A DNA stretch of 59,238 nucleotides from Candidatus Zambryskibacteria bacterium RIFCSPHIGHO2_01_FULL_43_25 (GCA_001823695.1 MHVD01000017.1:1-59238), one strand, 5' to 3'; shown: positions 19,253 to 27,825, numbered from the stretch's first letter. Notes: generated by a model from the sequence alone, not told the origin. Made by a program: numbers and translations.

Positions 19253-19284
19253 GGGGCGTCCGTCGGATGACGGACGCCCCTTTC
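19253..19284 (+). terminator. Intrinsic terminator after the orphan gene
   Basis: ggggcgtccgtc-ggat-gacggacgcccc 12-bp stem followed by ttt. Confidence 0.7.
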
Positions 19285-19485
19285 TGCTGGTCGTCATCTG
19301 GTTGAGTGCCAATACCTAGCGCCTGAGGCCTAAAACTAATTCAACCCATTGACCCCGTAGTAGAAAATGACATTGTGGATGGGCCACTGTGAGACAAATA
19401 TAGACAGCAAATATGGTATTGAAGTTACAGATTGAATTAATAAAACAATTTACTCAAAAGAGTGATGTCATTTTTCACTATGGGG

Positions 19486-19513
19486 TTGACTAAACCCAGA
19501 CATTTGCTACTAT
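19486..19513 (+). promoter_or_regulatory. Promoter candidate upstream of tuf
   Basis: TTGACT-16 nt-TACTAT with an extended TGn. Confidence 0.45.
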
Positions 19514-19728
19514 TGTTTCCATCGCATTTTTGTTTCCACTCCGTCTCGAATTTGCGGGACAGAGTGGGGCGGGCGTGTTTGCCTGTTGTCTCAATTCGCA
19601 CGAAGAGCCGAATTGCCACAAACGGTCAGACGGGCGTCTCTTTAGACGCAAAAGTTTATTAAGCTAAGTATTAGCTTCCTCAACAAAGCTTTTCTCGCGC
19701 GTTTCGTTGAGGCAGTTACAAAATTAAC

Positions 19729-20919
19729 ATGACAGTATTTGATCGTTCCAAGCCGCACATCAACGTAGGCACAATCGGCCACGTTGACCACGGCAAGACG
19801 ACCCTAACCGCGGCCATTCTGGGCGTTTTGAACCGCTCCGGCAAAAAGGCTGAAATAAAGGGCGTTGATGATATTGACAAGGCGCCGGAAGAAAAGGCGC
19901 GTGGCATTACCATTTCTCTGGCTCATATGGAATATGAGACGGACGCCAGGCACTACGCGCACATTGACGCTCCCGGCCATGCCGACTACATAAAGAATAT
20001 GATTACCGGCGCTGCCCAGATGGACGGCGCGATTCTCGTTGTCGCGGCAACCGACGGTGTGATGCCCCAGACCAGAGAGCATGTGCTTCTGGCGAAGCAA
20101 GTCGGCGTTCCGAAGATAATTGTCTTTCTCAACAAGTGCGATATGGTTCCTGATAAGGAGCTTATTGACTTGGTTGAAGAGGAAGTTCGCGACCTTCTTA
20201 ACAAGTATGAGTTTGACGGTGCCAATGTTCCGATAATCCACGGTTCAGCCCTCAAGGCGCTTGAATCGGGGGATGTCAACGATGAGTGGTCAAAGAAAAT
20301 TATTGAACTGACAAACGCGCTTGACACATATATCCCGATGCCGGTTAGAGATATGGATAAGCCATTTCTCATGCCCGTTGAAGACATATTCTCAATTGAA
20401 GGACGCGGAACTGTCGTTACTGGAAGAGTTGAGAGAGGAGTTGTCAAGGTTGGTGAGGAAGTTGAAGTTGTTGGTCTCAAGCCGACCCAGAAGACTACTG
20501 TTACCGGCGTTGAAATGTTCAAGAAATCTCTTGACCAGGCTCAAGCCGGAGACAATGCCGGAGTTCTAATCCGCGGTCTCAAAAAAGAAGATGTTACCAG
20601 AGGACAAGTTCTGGCAAAGCCGGGCTCTGTTACACCCCATACCGAATTTGAGTCCGAGGTTTACATTCTGAAAAAGGAGGAAGGCGGCCGCCACACCCCG
20701 TTCTTCACTGGTTATAAGCCGCAATTCTATCTTAGAACAACCGATGTTACCGGCGAAGTTACTCTCCCAGAAAAGGTTGAGATGGTTATGCCCGGCGACA
20801 CTGTCACCTTCAAAGTTAAGCTGGTTGCTCCTGTCGCGCTTGAAGCGCAACAGCGATTCGCCATCAGAGAGGGTGGCAAGACCGTTGGCGCCGGTGTTGT
20901 AACGAAAGTTGTCGCTTAA
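19729..20919 (+). CDS. tuf: Elongation factor Tu
   Basis: [36 protein letters not shown]. Confidence 0.99.
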   Translation: MTVFDRSKPHINVGTIGHVDHGKTTLTAAILGVLNRSGKKAEIKGVDDIDKAPEEKARGITISLAHMEYETDARHYAHIDAPGHADYIKNMITGAAQMDGAILVVAATDGVMPQTREHVLLAKQVGVPKIIVFLNKCDMVPDKELIDLVEEEVRDLLNKYEFDGANVPIIHGSALKALESGDVNDEWSKKIIELTNALDTYIPMPVRDMDKPFLMPVEDIFSIEGRGTVVTGRVERGVVKVGEEVEVVGLKPTQKTTVTGVEMFKKSLDQAQAGDNAGVLIRGLKKEDVTRGQVLAKPGSVTPHTEFESEVYILKKEEGGRHTPFFTGYKPQFYLRTTDVTGEVTLPEKVEMVMPGDTVTFKVKLVAPVALEAQQRFAIREGGKTVGAGVVTKVVA

Positions 20920-21006
20920 GCAAACCCTAGACTGGCGGTTGGCAACCCGAAACAATCGTAAGTGAAAAATCGTTGACGGTTAGCTGTGCCGCAAATTGAG
21001 GCCACT

Positions 21007-21396
21007 ATGGCAAAAGAAAGCACAAAAAAACAAAAGAAAACCAAGGAGCCGAAAACTCTTAAAACTCCTAAAAAAGAAAAGGCCGGTGACACAGCCCGTC
21101 TCCGGATAAGGGTCAGGGCCTATGAGTACAAAATTCTTGATGTGTCTGTGAAGCAGATTATTGATACGGCAGTCAGGTACGATGCCGAAGTCTTGGGCCC
21201 GATACCTCTACCGACGGAAACCAAGAAATATACCGTCAATCGTTCCTCGTTCGTACACAAAAATGCGCGAGAACAATTCGAAATGAGGGTTCATAAACGA
21301 TTGATTGATATTCTGAATCCAACGCAGAAGCTGATAGAGTCCCTGACTAACCTGTCTCTTCCTTCTGGGGTGAACATTGACGTGAAATTGATGTGA
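21007..21396 (+). CDS. rpsJ: 30S ribosomal protein S10 with Lys-rich N-terminal extension
   Basis: RLRIRVRAY, GPIPLPT, REQFEMRVHKR; start ATG 21007 (GTG 20986 possible). Confidence 0.95.
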   Translation: MAKESTKKQKKTKEPKTLKTPKKEKAGDTARLRIRVRAYEYKILDVSVKQIIDTAVRYDAEVLGPIPLPTETKKYTVNRSSFVHKNAREQFEMRVHKRLIDILNPTQKLIESLTNLSLPSGVNIDVKLM

Positions 21397-21436
21397 TAGA
21401 AAAACAAGGAGCGTAAGCGACTATGTTTTTCATCAC

Positions 21437-21568
21437 CCAGCGCTTACTTTGCCATTGTTGCAAATACACAAAAGTTTAATTAGTACAAACGAGTTTGACT
21501 AGATTGTCAGAATCTGGTAAATCAGGTTACCGAAACAATAAAATAAATAATGGCAAAGTAAGCGCTGG
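21437..21568. repeat. Element bounded by 20-bp perfect inverted repeats
   Basis: ccagcgcttactttgccatt ... aatggcaaagtaagcgctgg. Confidence 0.8.
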
Positions 21569-21613
21569 TCTAGATTGTTTATAGTCCACCTCGCTCACGA
21601 GAAAAATCACTTG

Positions 21614-21714
21614 TCCCGTTAGAAATTTAACCGGGCTTAAGTCAATGCCAAGTGGACAAGAGCGCTGTCATAAGTAATATGACGTATACGTTAATAATTA
21701 AATTTCGCACGGGA
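21614..21714. mobile_element. Second CCCGTTAGAAA-type TIR element abutting the rplC ATG
   Basis: tcccgttagaaattt (21614) versus aaatttcgcacggga (21700), 13/15 inverted match. Confidence 0.5.
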
Positions 21715-22331
21715 TGAAATTCATATTGGGAAAAAAGCAGAATATGAGCCAAATCTTTGACAACGATGGCAGGGTTATCCCAGTCACGGTTATTTCTGCT
21801 GGCCCGATTGTTGTAACTCAAGTCAAGAATGAAGAGAAAGACGGATACGGGGCGGTGCAATTTGGATTCGGCCAAAAAAAGCCCAAAAATATTGCCAAAC
21901 CGCAGTTGGGCCACTTCAAGAATTTGGGGAACTTCGGATTTGTCCGTGAATACAGGTTGGCGGGCAAGGAGGAGCCGAAACTTGCAGTCGGCGAGAAGGT
22001 GGATGTTTCCGCATTTTCCGTCGGAGACAGAGTGTCCGTTGCCGCGCTGTCAAAAGGGAAAGGATTTCAGGGTGTGGTTAAGAGACATGGCTTTCATGGC
22101 GGCCCCAGAACTCATGGCCAAAAGCACTCCGAGCGCGAACCCGGCTCAATCGGCGGCGGTCTTAGGTCCCGTGTGCCGAAAGGTATGAGAATGGCGGGTA
22201 GAATGGGCGGGGACCGCATTACCGTAAAAAACCTAGAGGTTGCCGCGATTGACCAGGAGAACAATCTGCTTATGATAACCGGCGCGGTGCCGGGCCGAAG
22301 GGGCACGCTAGTTGAAGTCAGAGCAAGCTAG
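21714..22331 (+). CDS. rplC: 50S ribosomal protein L3
   Basis: ILGKKQNMSQIF, SKGKGFQGVVKRH, MAGRMG. Confidence 0.98.
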   Translation: MKFILGKKQNMSQIFDNDGRVIPVTVISAGPIVVTQVKNEEKDGYGAVQFGFGQKKPKNIAKPQLGHFKNLGNFGFVREYRLAGKEEPKLAVGEKVDVSAFSVGDRVSVAALSKGKGFQGVVKRHGFHGGPRTHGQKHSEREPGSIGGGLRSRVPKGMRMAGRMGGDRITVKNLEVAAIDQENNLLMITGAVPGRRGTLVEVRAS

Positions 22332-22353
22332 AACTGGCAATTTTTTAATTTAT

Positions 22354-23109
22354 ATGGAGACAACGGTTTACAACCAAAAAGGCGAGGTGGCGGGGAAAAC
22401 AAAACTTCCTGAAAATATTTTCGGCGTGCCTTGGAATGCAGACCTTATGCATCAAGTAGTTGTGTCAATGCAGGCCAATGCCCGCAATCCGATTGCTCAC
22501 ACCAAAAACAGAAGCGAAGTTTCCGGCGGAGGGAAAAAACCGTGGAAGCAAAAGGGTACCGGCCGCGCAAGGCACGGTTCAATCCGATCTCCAATTTGGG
22601 TTGGCGGTGGCGTAACTCATGGACCGAGAAACGAAAAGATTTTCAGCAGAAAGATAAATAAGAAAATGAAAGCCAAGGCCCTATATGCCGCTCTTTCTAA
22701 GAAATTTGAGGGCAACGAGGTGCTGTTTATTGATGACTGGTCTTTCAATAAGCCCAAGACCGCCGAAGCTGTGGTGTCACTTCGGGGACTTTCAAAAATA
22801 TCGGGAATGAATACCCTCAAAGCCGGCGGACATCCGATACTTTTGGTTAACCCGAAAAGAGACGAGAAATTTGAAAAAAGTTTTCACAATATCGGCAATA
22901 TTAATCTTTTGGAAACCAGAAACCTCAACCCTGTGGCTGTTTTAAGCAATAAATACATCGTCTTGCTTGACCCGAAGAGAACCATTGAGATACTTTCTTC
23001 CCGTTTCGGTGATTCTTCGGACAAGGGAGAGGTCTCGGTTGAACCTGCAAAGACCAAGCTGAAGAGTATCCGGGCCAAGAAGAAGACATCTGTAAAGAAG
23101 AACAAATAA
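22354..23109 (+). CDS. rplD: 50S ribosomal protein L4
   Basis: TKNRSEVSGGGKKPWKQKGTGRAR; start ATG 22354. Confidence 0.97.
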   Translation: METTVYNQKGEVAGKTKLPENIFGVPWNADLMHQVVVSMQANARNPIAHTKNRSEVSGGGKKPWKQKGTGRARHGSIRSPIWVGGGVTHGPRNEKIFSRKINKKMKAKALYAALSKKFEGNEVLFIDDWSFNKPKTAEAVVSLRGLSKISGMNTLKAGGHPILLVNPKRDEKFEKSFHNIGNINLLETRNLNPVAVLSNKYIVLLDPKRTIEILSSRFGDSSDKGEVSVEPAKTKLKSIRAKKKTSVKKNK

Positions 23110-23110
23110 A

Positions 23111-23485
23111 ATGACTTTTTTCAAAAAAAACAAAAAAGAAGAGGCTGAAAAGCCGATTGAAGAGAAGAAAGAAAAAAAATCTGCCCCCGCTGTTTCTCCT
23201 GCCTTTTCCGCGCCGAAGTCGGTTTTGATTAGGCAGAGAGTTACGGAAAAAGCGACGGAAAAATCAATGAATGACAATGTGTATGTCTTTGAAGTTCAGA
23301 ACGATGCCACCAAAAAGGAGATTTTATCGGAGGTGAAATCTGTGTATAATGTTTCCCCGACCAAAATCGCAATCTCAAAAATTCCTTCCAAAAGCAAATT
23401 TATCAGAGGCAAGTGGGGCAGGACGGCTCACGGCAAAAAAGCCTACGTTTACTTAAAGAAAGGGGACAAGATAGATATCACATAA
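23111..23485 (+). CDS. rplW: 50S ribosomal protein L23 with N-terminal extension
   Basis: RVTEKA, YVFEV..DATK, KKAYVYL. Confidence 0.93.
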   Translation: MTFFKKNKKEEAEKPIEEKKEKKSAPAVSPAFSAPKSVLIRQRVTEKATEKSMNDNVYVFEVQNDATKKEILSEVKSVYNVSPTKIAISKIPSKSKFIRGKWGRTAHGKKAYVYLKKGDKIDIT

Positions 23486-23487
23486 TC

Positions 23488-24336
23488 ATGGCAATAAAGA
23501 AGTACAAACCGGTAACTCCGTCGCGCCGTCAGATGTCTGACGTTAAATTGGGCTCCATCCTAACTGCCAAAAGTTCGCACAAACCACTTACTAGAGGTAT
23601 GTCGCGGTCAGTGGGGCGCAATAATGCCGGCAGAATAACCGTTCGGCACAAAGGCGGCGGCCATAAAAGACTTTTTAGAGACATTGATTTTCTTCTTGAT
23701 AAGAAAGACGTGCCGTTTGTTGTAGAGAGTATTGAATACGACCCGAACAGAAGCGGCCTTATCGGCTTGGTCGTCTATAGAGACGGCGCCAGAAGATATG
23801 TTCTGTTGCCTAAGGGAGCTCAAGTCGGCGACTCTTATCTGATATCGGAAAATGCGCCGGTCAAAACAGGCAACCGCCTGCCTCTAAAGAATATTAGCGT
23901 CGGCACTTTTGTTTTCAATGTAGAACTGAAAAAAGACGGCGGCGCCAAGATGGGGCGATCAGCCGGAAATTATATAGAAGTTTTGGCAAAGGACGGCGGT
24001 TTAGTTGACCTTAAAATGCCCTCTACTGAAATCAGGAAAGTGAGCGAAAACTGCTGGGCCACTGTGGGAGAGGTCTCAAACGAAGAGCATCATCTGGTAA
24101 ATTTTGGAAAAGCTGGCCGTAGCCGATGGCTCGGCATTAGACCGACCGTGCGTGGTTCCGCTATGAATCCAGTAGATCATCCTTATGGGGGAGGTGAAGC
24201 ACGCTCTGGCCGCGGTCTCCGCCGGGCGAAAAGCGCCTGGGGCAGGCCTACGGGCAAGGGTCAGAAATCAAGGCGAGCCAAGAAATACTCCAATATATCT
24301 ATTGTTTCAAGAAGAAAGGTGGGCAAGAGGCGCTAA
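23488..24336 (+). CDS. rplB: 50S ribosomal protein L2
   Basis: GRNNAGRIT, EYDPNRS, RGSAMNPVDHPYGGGE; start ATG 23488. Confidence 0.98.
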   Translation: MAIKKYKPVTPSRRQMSDVKLGSILTAKSSHKPLTRGMSRSVGRNNAGRITVRHKGGGHKRLFRDIDFLLDKKDVPFVVESIEYDPNRSGLIGLVVYRDGARRYVLLPKGAQVGDSYLISENAPVKTGNRLPLKNISVGTFVFNVELKKDGGAKMGRSAGNYIEVLAKDGGLVDLKMPSTEIRKVSENCWATVGEVSNEEHHLVNFGKAGRSRWLGIRPTVRGSAMNPVDHPYGGGEARSGRGLRRAKSAWGRPTGKGQKSRRAKKYSNISIVSRRKVGKRR

Positions 24337-24380
24337 CTAAAGCCAAAAATCAATATCAATCCGAGGGGGTTACCATGAGG

Positions 24381-24571
24381 GTAGCAGACCTCTACTTTCA
24401 GTAAGGTCGAACCTTGCTGAAATTGCGCTTGACGACAATGAAGCTCGCTCTTGAAGCGAGAAAACCCCAAACGCTCTAGTAGCAGACCTCTACCCAGAGG
24501 AAGACAGGGGTGTGCTACAGGTACACGCCAAGAGTGCATCCGGGTGCACCGTAGCAGACCTCTACCCAGAG
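24381..24571 (+). repeat. Three direct copies of GTAGCAGACCTCTAC interspersed with unique hairpins
   Basis: Copies at 24381, 24479 and 24551; copies 2 and 3 share 21 bp (adding CCAGAG). Confidence 0.9.
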
Positions 24572-24588
24572 AAAACCACAAGAAAGGA

Positions 24589-24621
24589 GCCGTCCGTGTA
24601 TTCTATACCGGCGGTTTTTTG
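24589..24621 (+). terminator. Intrinsic terminator inside the S10 operon
   Basis: gccgtc-c-gtgta/ttc/tatac-c-ggcggt stem followed by a T run. Confidence 0.7.
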
Positions 24622-24640
24622 TTACTTTTCTTGATTTGTA

Positions 24641-24667
24641 TTGACATTATGGGTCTTATTCTATAAT
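24641..24667 (+). promoter_or_regulatory. Internal promoter candidate upstream of rpsS
   Basis: TTGACA..TATAAT consensus hexamers, but the spacer is only 15 nt. Confidence 0.5.
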
Positions 24668-24756
24668 ATCTTTGCAAGCTCGAAGCGAGCTTTTTGTATT
24701 CTTGTTGGCTGTTTCTCTTTTAAGGAATTCAGAGCCAATGCCAAACAAGTAAGTCT

Positions 24757-24782
24757 ATGACTAGATCGTCACACAAAGGTCC
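24757..24782 (+). pseudogene. Duplicated 5' end of rpsS (false start; the frame runs on to a stop at 24856-24858)
   Basis: Encodes MTRSSHKGP versus the real MTRSSYKGP at 24868. Confidence 0.85.
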
Positions 24783-24827
24783 ACCCCAAACGAATCCGTC
24801 AGCCGGCGGATCGTACGGGGCGAGAAG
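24783..24827 (+). repeat. ACCCCAAA-hairpin-TACGGGGCGAGAAG repeat, copy 4
   Basis: accccaa-acgaatccg..cggatcgt-acggggcgagaag immediately after the rpsS false start. Confidence 0.85.
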
Positions 24828-24867
24828 TTGTAAAGCCGATCTAGGTGTGAATTTATAAGTAAAATCA

Positions 24868-25212
24868 ATGACACGATCATCTTACAAAGGTCCGTACGTT
24901 TACGACAGACTCCTCAAAAAGATTGAGGGGAGAAAACCCGACCAGGTTGGAGTTGTTAAAACCTGGGCGCGCGACAGCCAAATATCGCCGGAGATGGTTG
25001 GCTTTACCTTTGGCGTTCATAATGGACGCGAGCACTTGGAAGTTTTTATTACTGAAGACATGGTGGGCCACCGGCTTGGAGAGTTTTCTCCGACTCGAAA
25101 GTTTATTAAGCATGGAGGCAAGATGCAGAAGGAGATTGAACAGCAGAAGAAAGACTCGGAAATAGCCGCAGCTCAAGCCGCTAAGGCCACCACTGCGCCT
25201 CCGCAAAAATAA
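24868..25212 (+). CDS. rpsS: 30S ribosomal protein S19
   Basis: [32 protein letters not shown]. Confidence 0.98.
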   Translation: MTRSSYKGPYVYDRLLKKIEGRKPDQVGVVKTWARDSQISPEMVGFTFGVHNGREHLEVFITEDMVGHRLGEFSPTRKFIKHGGKMQKEIEQQKKDSEIAAAQAAKATTAPPQK

Positions 25213-25217
25213 AAGAC

Positions 25218-25616
25218 ATGGCCCAAATAACGGCACAACTGAATAACCTGCGCCATTCGCCTAGAAAGGTTCGTTTGGTTGCCGACCTGGTCCGCGGAAA
25301 GAGTGTAACTTCCGCTCTCAATTCTTTGGCCTTTGCCGACAAAAAAGCGACAAGACCAATCATAAAACTTATCAAGTCCGCGATTGCCAATGCCAAGACG
25401 CAGAGTCTGTCAGAGGACAAACTAACGATAAAAGAAATCAGGGTTGACGGCGGTTCGGTGCTCAAGCGTTTCAGACCGGCTGCCTTTGGCCGCGCCCACC
25501 CGATTAGGAAAAGGTCAAGCCATGTAAGAATTATACTGACAACAAACAACAAACAACCTGCAACTAAAGCCAAGATTGCAAAGAATTCAAGGAAGTCTGT
25601 TGTCAGCAGCAAGTAA
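25218..25616 (+). CDS. rplV: 50S ribosomal protein L22
   Basis: SPRKVRLVADLVRGK, SAIANA, KRSSHVRI. Confidence 0.98.
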   Translation: MAQITAQLNNLRHSPRKVRLVADLVRGKSVTSALNSLAFADKKATRPIIKLIKSAIANAKTQSLSEDKLTIKEIRVDGGSVLKRFRPAAFGRAHPIRKRSSHVRIILTTNNKQPATKAKIAKNSRKSVVSSK

Positions 25617-25626
25617 TTAGCCAACC

Positions 25627-26292
25627 ATGAGCCACACCGTACATCCATATTCCCATAGACTGGCAATAATCCGCGACTGGAAATCGCGCTGGTTTGGCGT
25701 CAAATCAAAATACAAGGAGCTTTTGAGGAGCGATATAATCATTCGCCAGTTTTTGGAAAAGAGATTGCACGGTTTCTTTGTCTCAAGTATTGAAATCGAA
25801 AGAAGCGAAAAGGTGTTGAGGGTGATTATTGAAACCTCAAGACCGGGCGTGATAATCGGGCGAAGCGGCGATGGCGCCGTGAAGCTCAAAGACGACCTCG
25901 TAAAAATTCTGAAAAAGAACAATGTCTATAATCCCACCGGGGAGCTGAAAGTGGATATAAAAGAAATAAAATCTCCAGAATCAAATGCCTCTATTGTGGC
26001 TCAAATGGTTGCCGAAGGCCTTGAACGCAGACTTCCATATAGGAGGGTTGCCAAACAGACCGTAGAGAAAGTAATGGCCAACAGAGACGTGCTTGGAGTT
26101 AAGGTTACAATCTCGGGGCGTTTGGGTGGCGCCACTATCGCCAGAACCGAGACTAGAAAGCTGGGACGTATTCCACTGCAGACTTTTCGGTCTGATGTTG
26201 ATTATGCCAGGCATGAGGCGAAACTGCCGTATGGAAATATTGGTCTTAAGGTGTGGATTTACAGAGGAGACATCTTCTCTAAGAAACCATAA
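25627..26292 (+). CDS. rpsC: 30S ribosomal protein S3
   Basis: HPYSHRL, RPGVIIGRSG, GRIPLQTFRSDVDY. Confidence 0.97.
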   Translation: MSHTVHPYSHRLAIIRDWKSRWFGVKSKYKELLRSDIIIRQFLEKRLHGFFVSSIEIERSEKVLRVIIETSRPGVIIGRSGDGAVKLKDDLVKILKKNNVYNPTGELKVDIKEIKSPESNASIVAQMVAEGLERRLPYRRVAKQTVEKVMANRDVLGVKVTISGRLGGATIARTETRKLGRIPLQTFRSDVDYARHEAKLPYGNIGLKVWIYRGDIFSKKP

Positions 26293-26330
26293 ATGCGGCG
26301 GCTAAGGTTTTCTGATGTTTAAAATCAACC

Positions 26331-26747
26331 ATGTTATTCCCCAAAAAAGTAAAATTTAGAAAGTGGCACACGATGCGCAAAAATCCGGCGAAAGTCGGGG
26401 TTGCTAGTCGCGGGGCAGTCATCGCTTTCGGAAGCTACGGACTCAAGGCCCTTGAGCCAGCCCGCATCAGGTCAAATCAGATAGAGGCTGCTAGAAAAGT
26501 ACTTTCCCGTGCAACGGGCAAAGTGGGAAAAGTCTGGATAAGAATTTTCCCCGATATGCCCTATACGCAAAAACCGGCCGAAGTTAAGATGGGCAAGGGC
26601 AAAGGCGACCCGCAGGGGTATTGCGCCCCGGTCAAGCCGGGCAAAATACTTTTTGAAATTGACGGCCTGTCCGAAGCAGAAGCCAAAGAAGCAATGAGAA
26701 AGGCCGCCGCTAGGCTTCCGATGAAGACGAAATTTGTAACTAGATAA
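26331..26747 (+). CDS. rplP: 50S ribosomal protein L16
   Basis: QIEAAR, WIRIFPD, KMGKGKG. Confidence 0.98.
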   Translation: MLFPKKVKFRKWHTMRKNPAKVGVASRGAVIAFGSYGLKALEPARIRSNQIEAARKVLSRATGKVGKVWIRIFPDMPYTQKPAEVKMGKGKGDPQGYCAPVKPGKILFEIDGLSEAEAKEAMRKAAARLPMKTKFVTR

Positions 26748-26751
26748 ATTT

Positions 26752-26952
26752 ATGGCTGATAATTTGCAAAAGGCGGACGAAAAGGATTTAATGAAGCTTC
26801 TCAATGAAAAGAGAGTCGCTTTGCGCGGTTTCAGATTTGGCATTGCCGGAAGCAAAATCCGCAATGTAAAAGAGGGCCGGTCTCTCAAGAAAGATATTGC
26901 CAGAATACTTACCGAAATCAGCCACCGGCATAATCAAAAACCAGCTGAATAA
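26752..26952 (+). CDS. rpmC: 50S ribosomal protein L29
   Basis: FRF....KIRNVK....KKDIARILT; position between rplP and rpsQ. Confidence 0.9.
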   Translation: MADNLQKADEKDLMKLLNEKRVALRGFRFGIAGSKIRNVKEGRSLKKDIARILTEISHRHNQKPAE

Positions 26953-26955
26953 ACC

Positions 26956-27216
26956 ATGGAAGAACAAGACAAAGTACAAAAAATTTCAGTTGCGAAGGCA
27001 AAGACCCTGAAAGGTTTTGTTGTGTCAGACAAAATGAAAGATACGGTTGTGGTTAAAGTTGAAAGTTATCGCAAGCACAAGCGTTATGGGAAATATGTCA
27101 GAAGCCAGAAAAAATACAAAGCCCACGACGCCGGCAATACTAAGAAAATCGGAGATGCAGTAACGATCACGGAAACAAGGCCGATATCCAAAGACAAGAC
27201 ATTCAAAGTTATATAA
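26956..27216 (+). CDS. rpsQ: 30S ribosomal protein S17
   Basis: [27 protein letters not shown]. Confidence 0.97.
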   Translation: MEEQDKVQKISVAKAKTLKGFVVSDKMKDTVVVKVESYRKHKRYGKYVRSQKKYKAHDAGNTKKIGDAVTITETRPISKDKTFKVI

Positions 27217-27220
27217 AAAT

Positions 27221-27592
27221 ATGATCCAGCCGCGTTCAATTGTAAAAATTGCAGATAATTCAGGCGCCAAAATCGGACGCGTTTTCAAAGTGCTTGGCGG
27301 TTCCAAAAAAAGATACGCGCAGATAGGCGACATCGTCGTTTTGTCTGTCCAGTCCGCCCAGCCCAGAAAATCCGTGAAAAAGAAGGATATTTTATATGCT
27401 GTTGTAGCGCGCCAGAGGTTTCCCTATCGCAGGATTGATGGGTCGTATATCCGTTTTGATGAAAATGCCGTAATTATCGTTGATAAAGCGAAGCATGAAC
27501 CTATAGCCGGTCGGGTATTCGGACCTATTCCGAGAGAATTGGCGGAAAAAGGTTTCCAGCAGATTATCTCTCTAGCTCCGGAAGTGGTCTAG
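27221..27592 (+). CDS. rplN: 50S ribosomal protein L14
   Basis: MIQ...IADNSGAK, IRFDENA, GPIPREL. Confidence 0.98.
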   Translation: MIQPRSIVKIADNSGAKIGRVFKVLGGSKKRYAQIGDIVVLSVQSAQPRKSVKKKDILYAVVARQRFPYRRIDGSYIRFDENAVIIVDKAKHEPIAGRVFGPIPRELAEKGFQQIISLAPEVV

Positions 27593-27635
27593 AAAAATAA
27601 TGATCCGTCAGCCGACGGAGAATATATTTTTCTTG

Positions 27636-27785
27636 ACCCCGCCCCAATTTCGCAAAACAAAATGAAACAAAGAAAAACTTACAACAGGATGCAAAATAAA
27701 AACAGCAGCGCGTTTTGGCGAATAGCCAAGCCCTATTCGGGCGCAGCGCTGTGGGATAACACGGATAGCGAAATTGGGGCGGGGT
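27636..27785. repeat. Element bounded by 18-bp perfect inverted repeats between rplN and rplX
   Basis: accccgccccaatttcgc ... gcgaaattggggcggggt. Confidence 0.8.
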
Positions 27786-27825
27786 TCATGATTATTTCCA
27801 ATTCGCTTTGCTTATAAGAAAAATC

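Noticed and set aside
18496-19270. Alternative ORFs 18496..19248(-), 18807..19052(-) and 18926..19270(+)
   Set aside because: Shadow frames of the GC-rich 18532..19206 gene, which has the SD, the motif and the terminator.
24381-24571. CRISPR array
   Set aside because: Only 3 copies of a 15-21-bp repeat, unequal and long self-structured spacers, and no cas genes in the window. Kept as an unexplained repeat.
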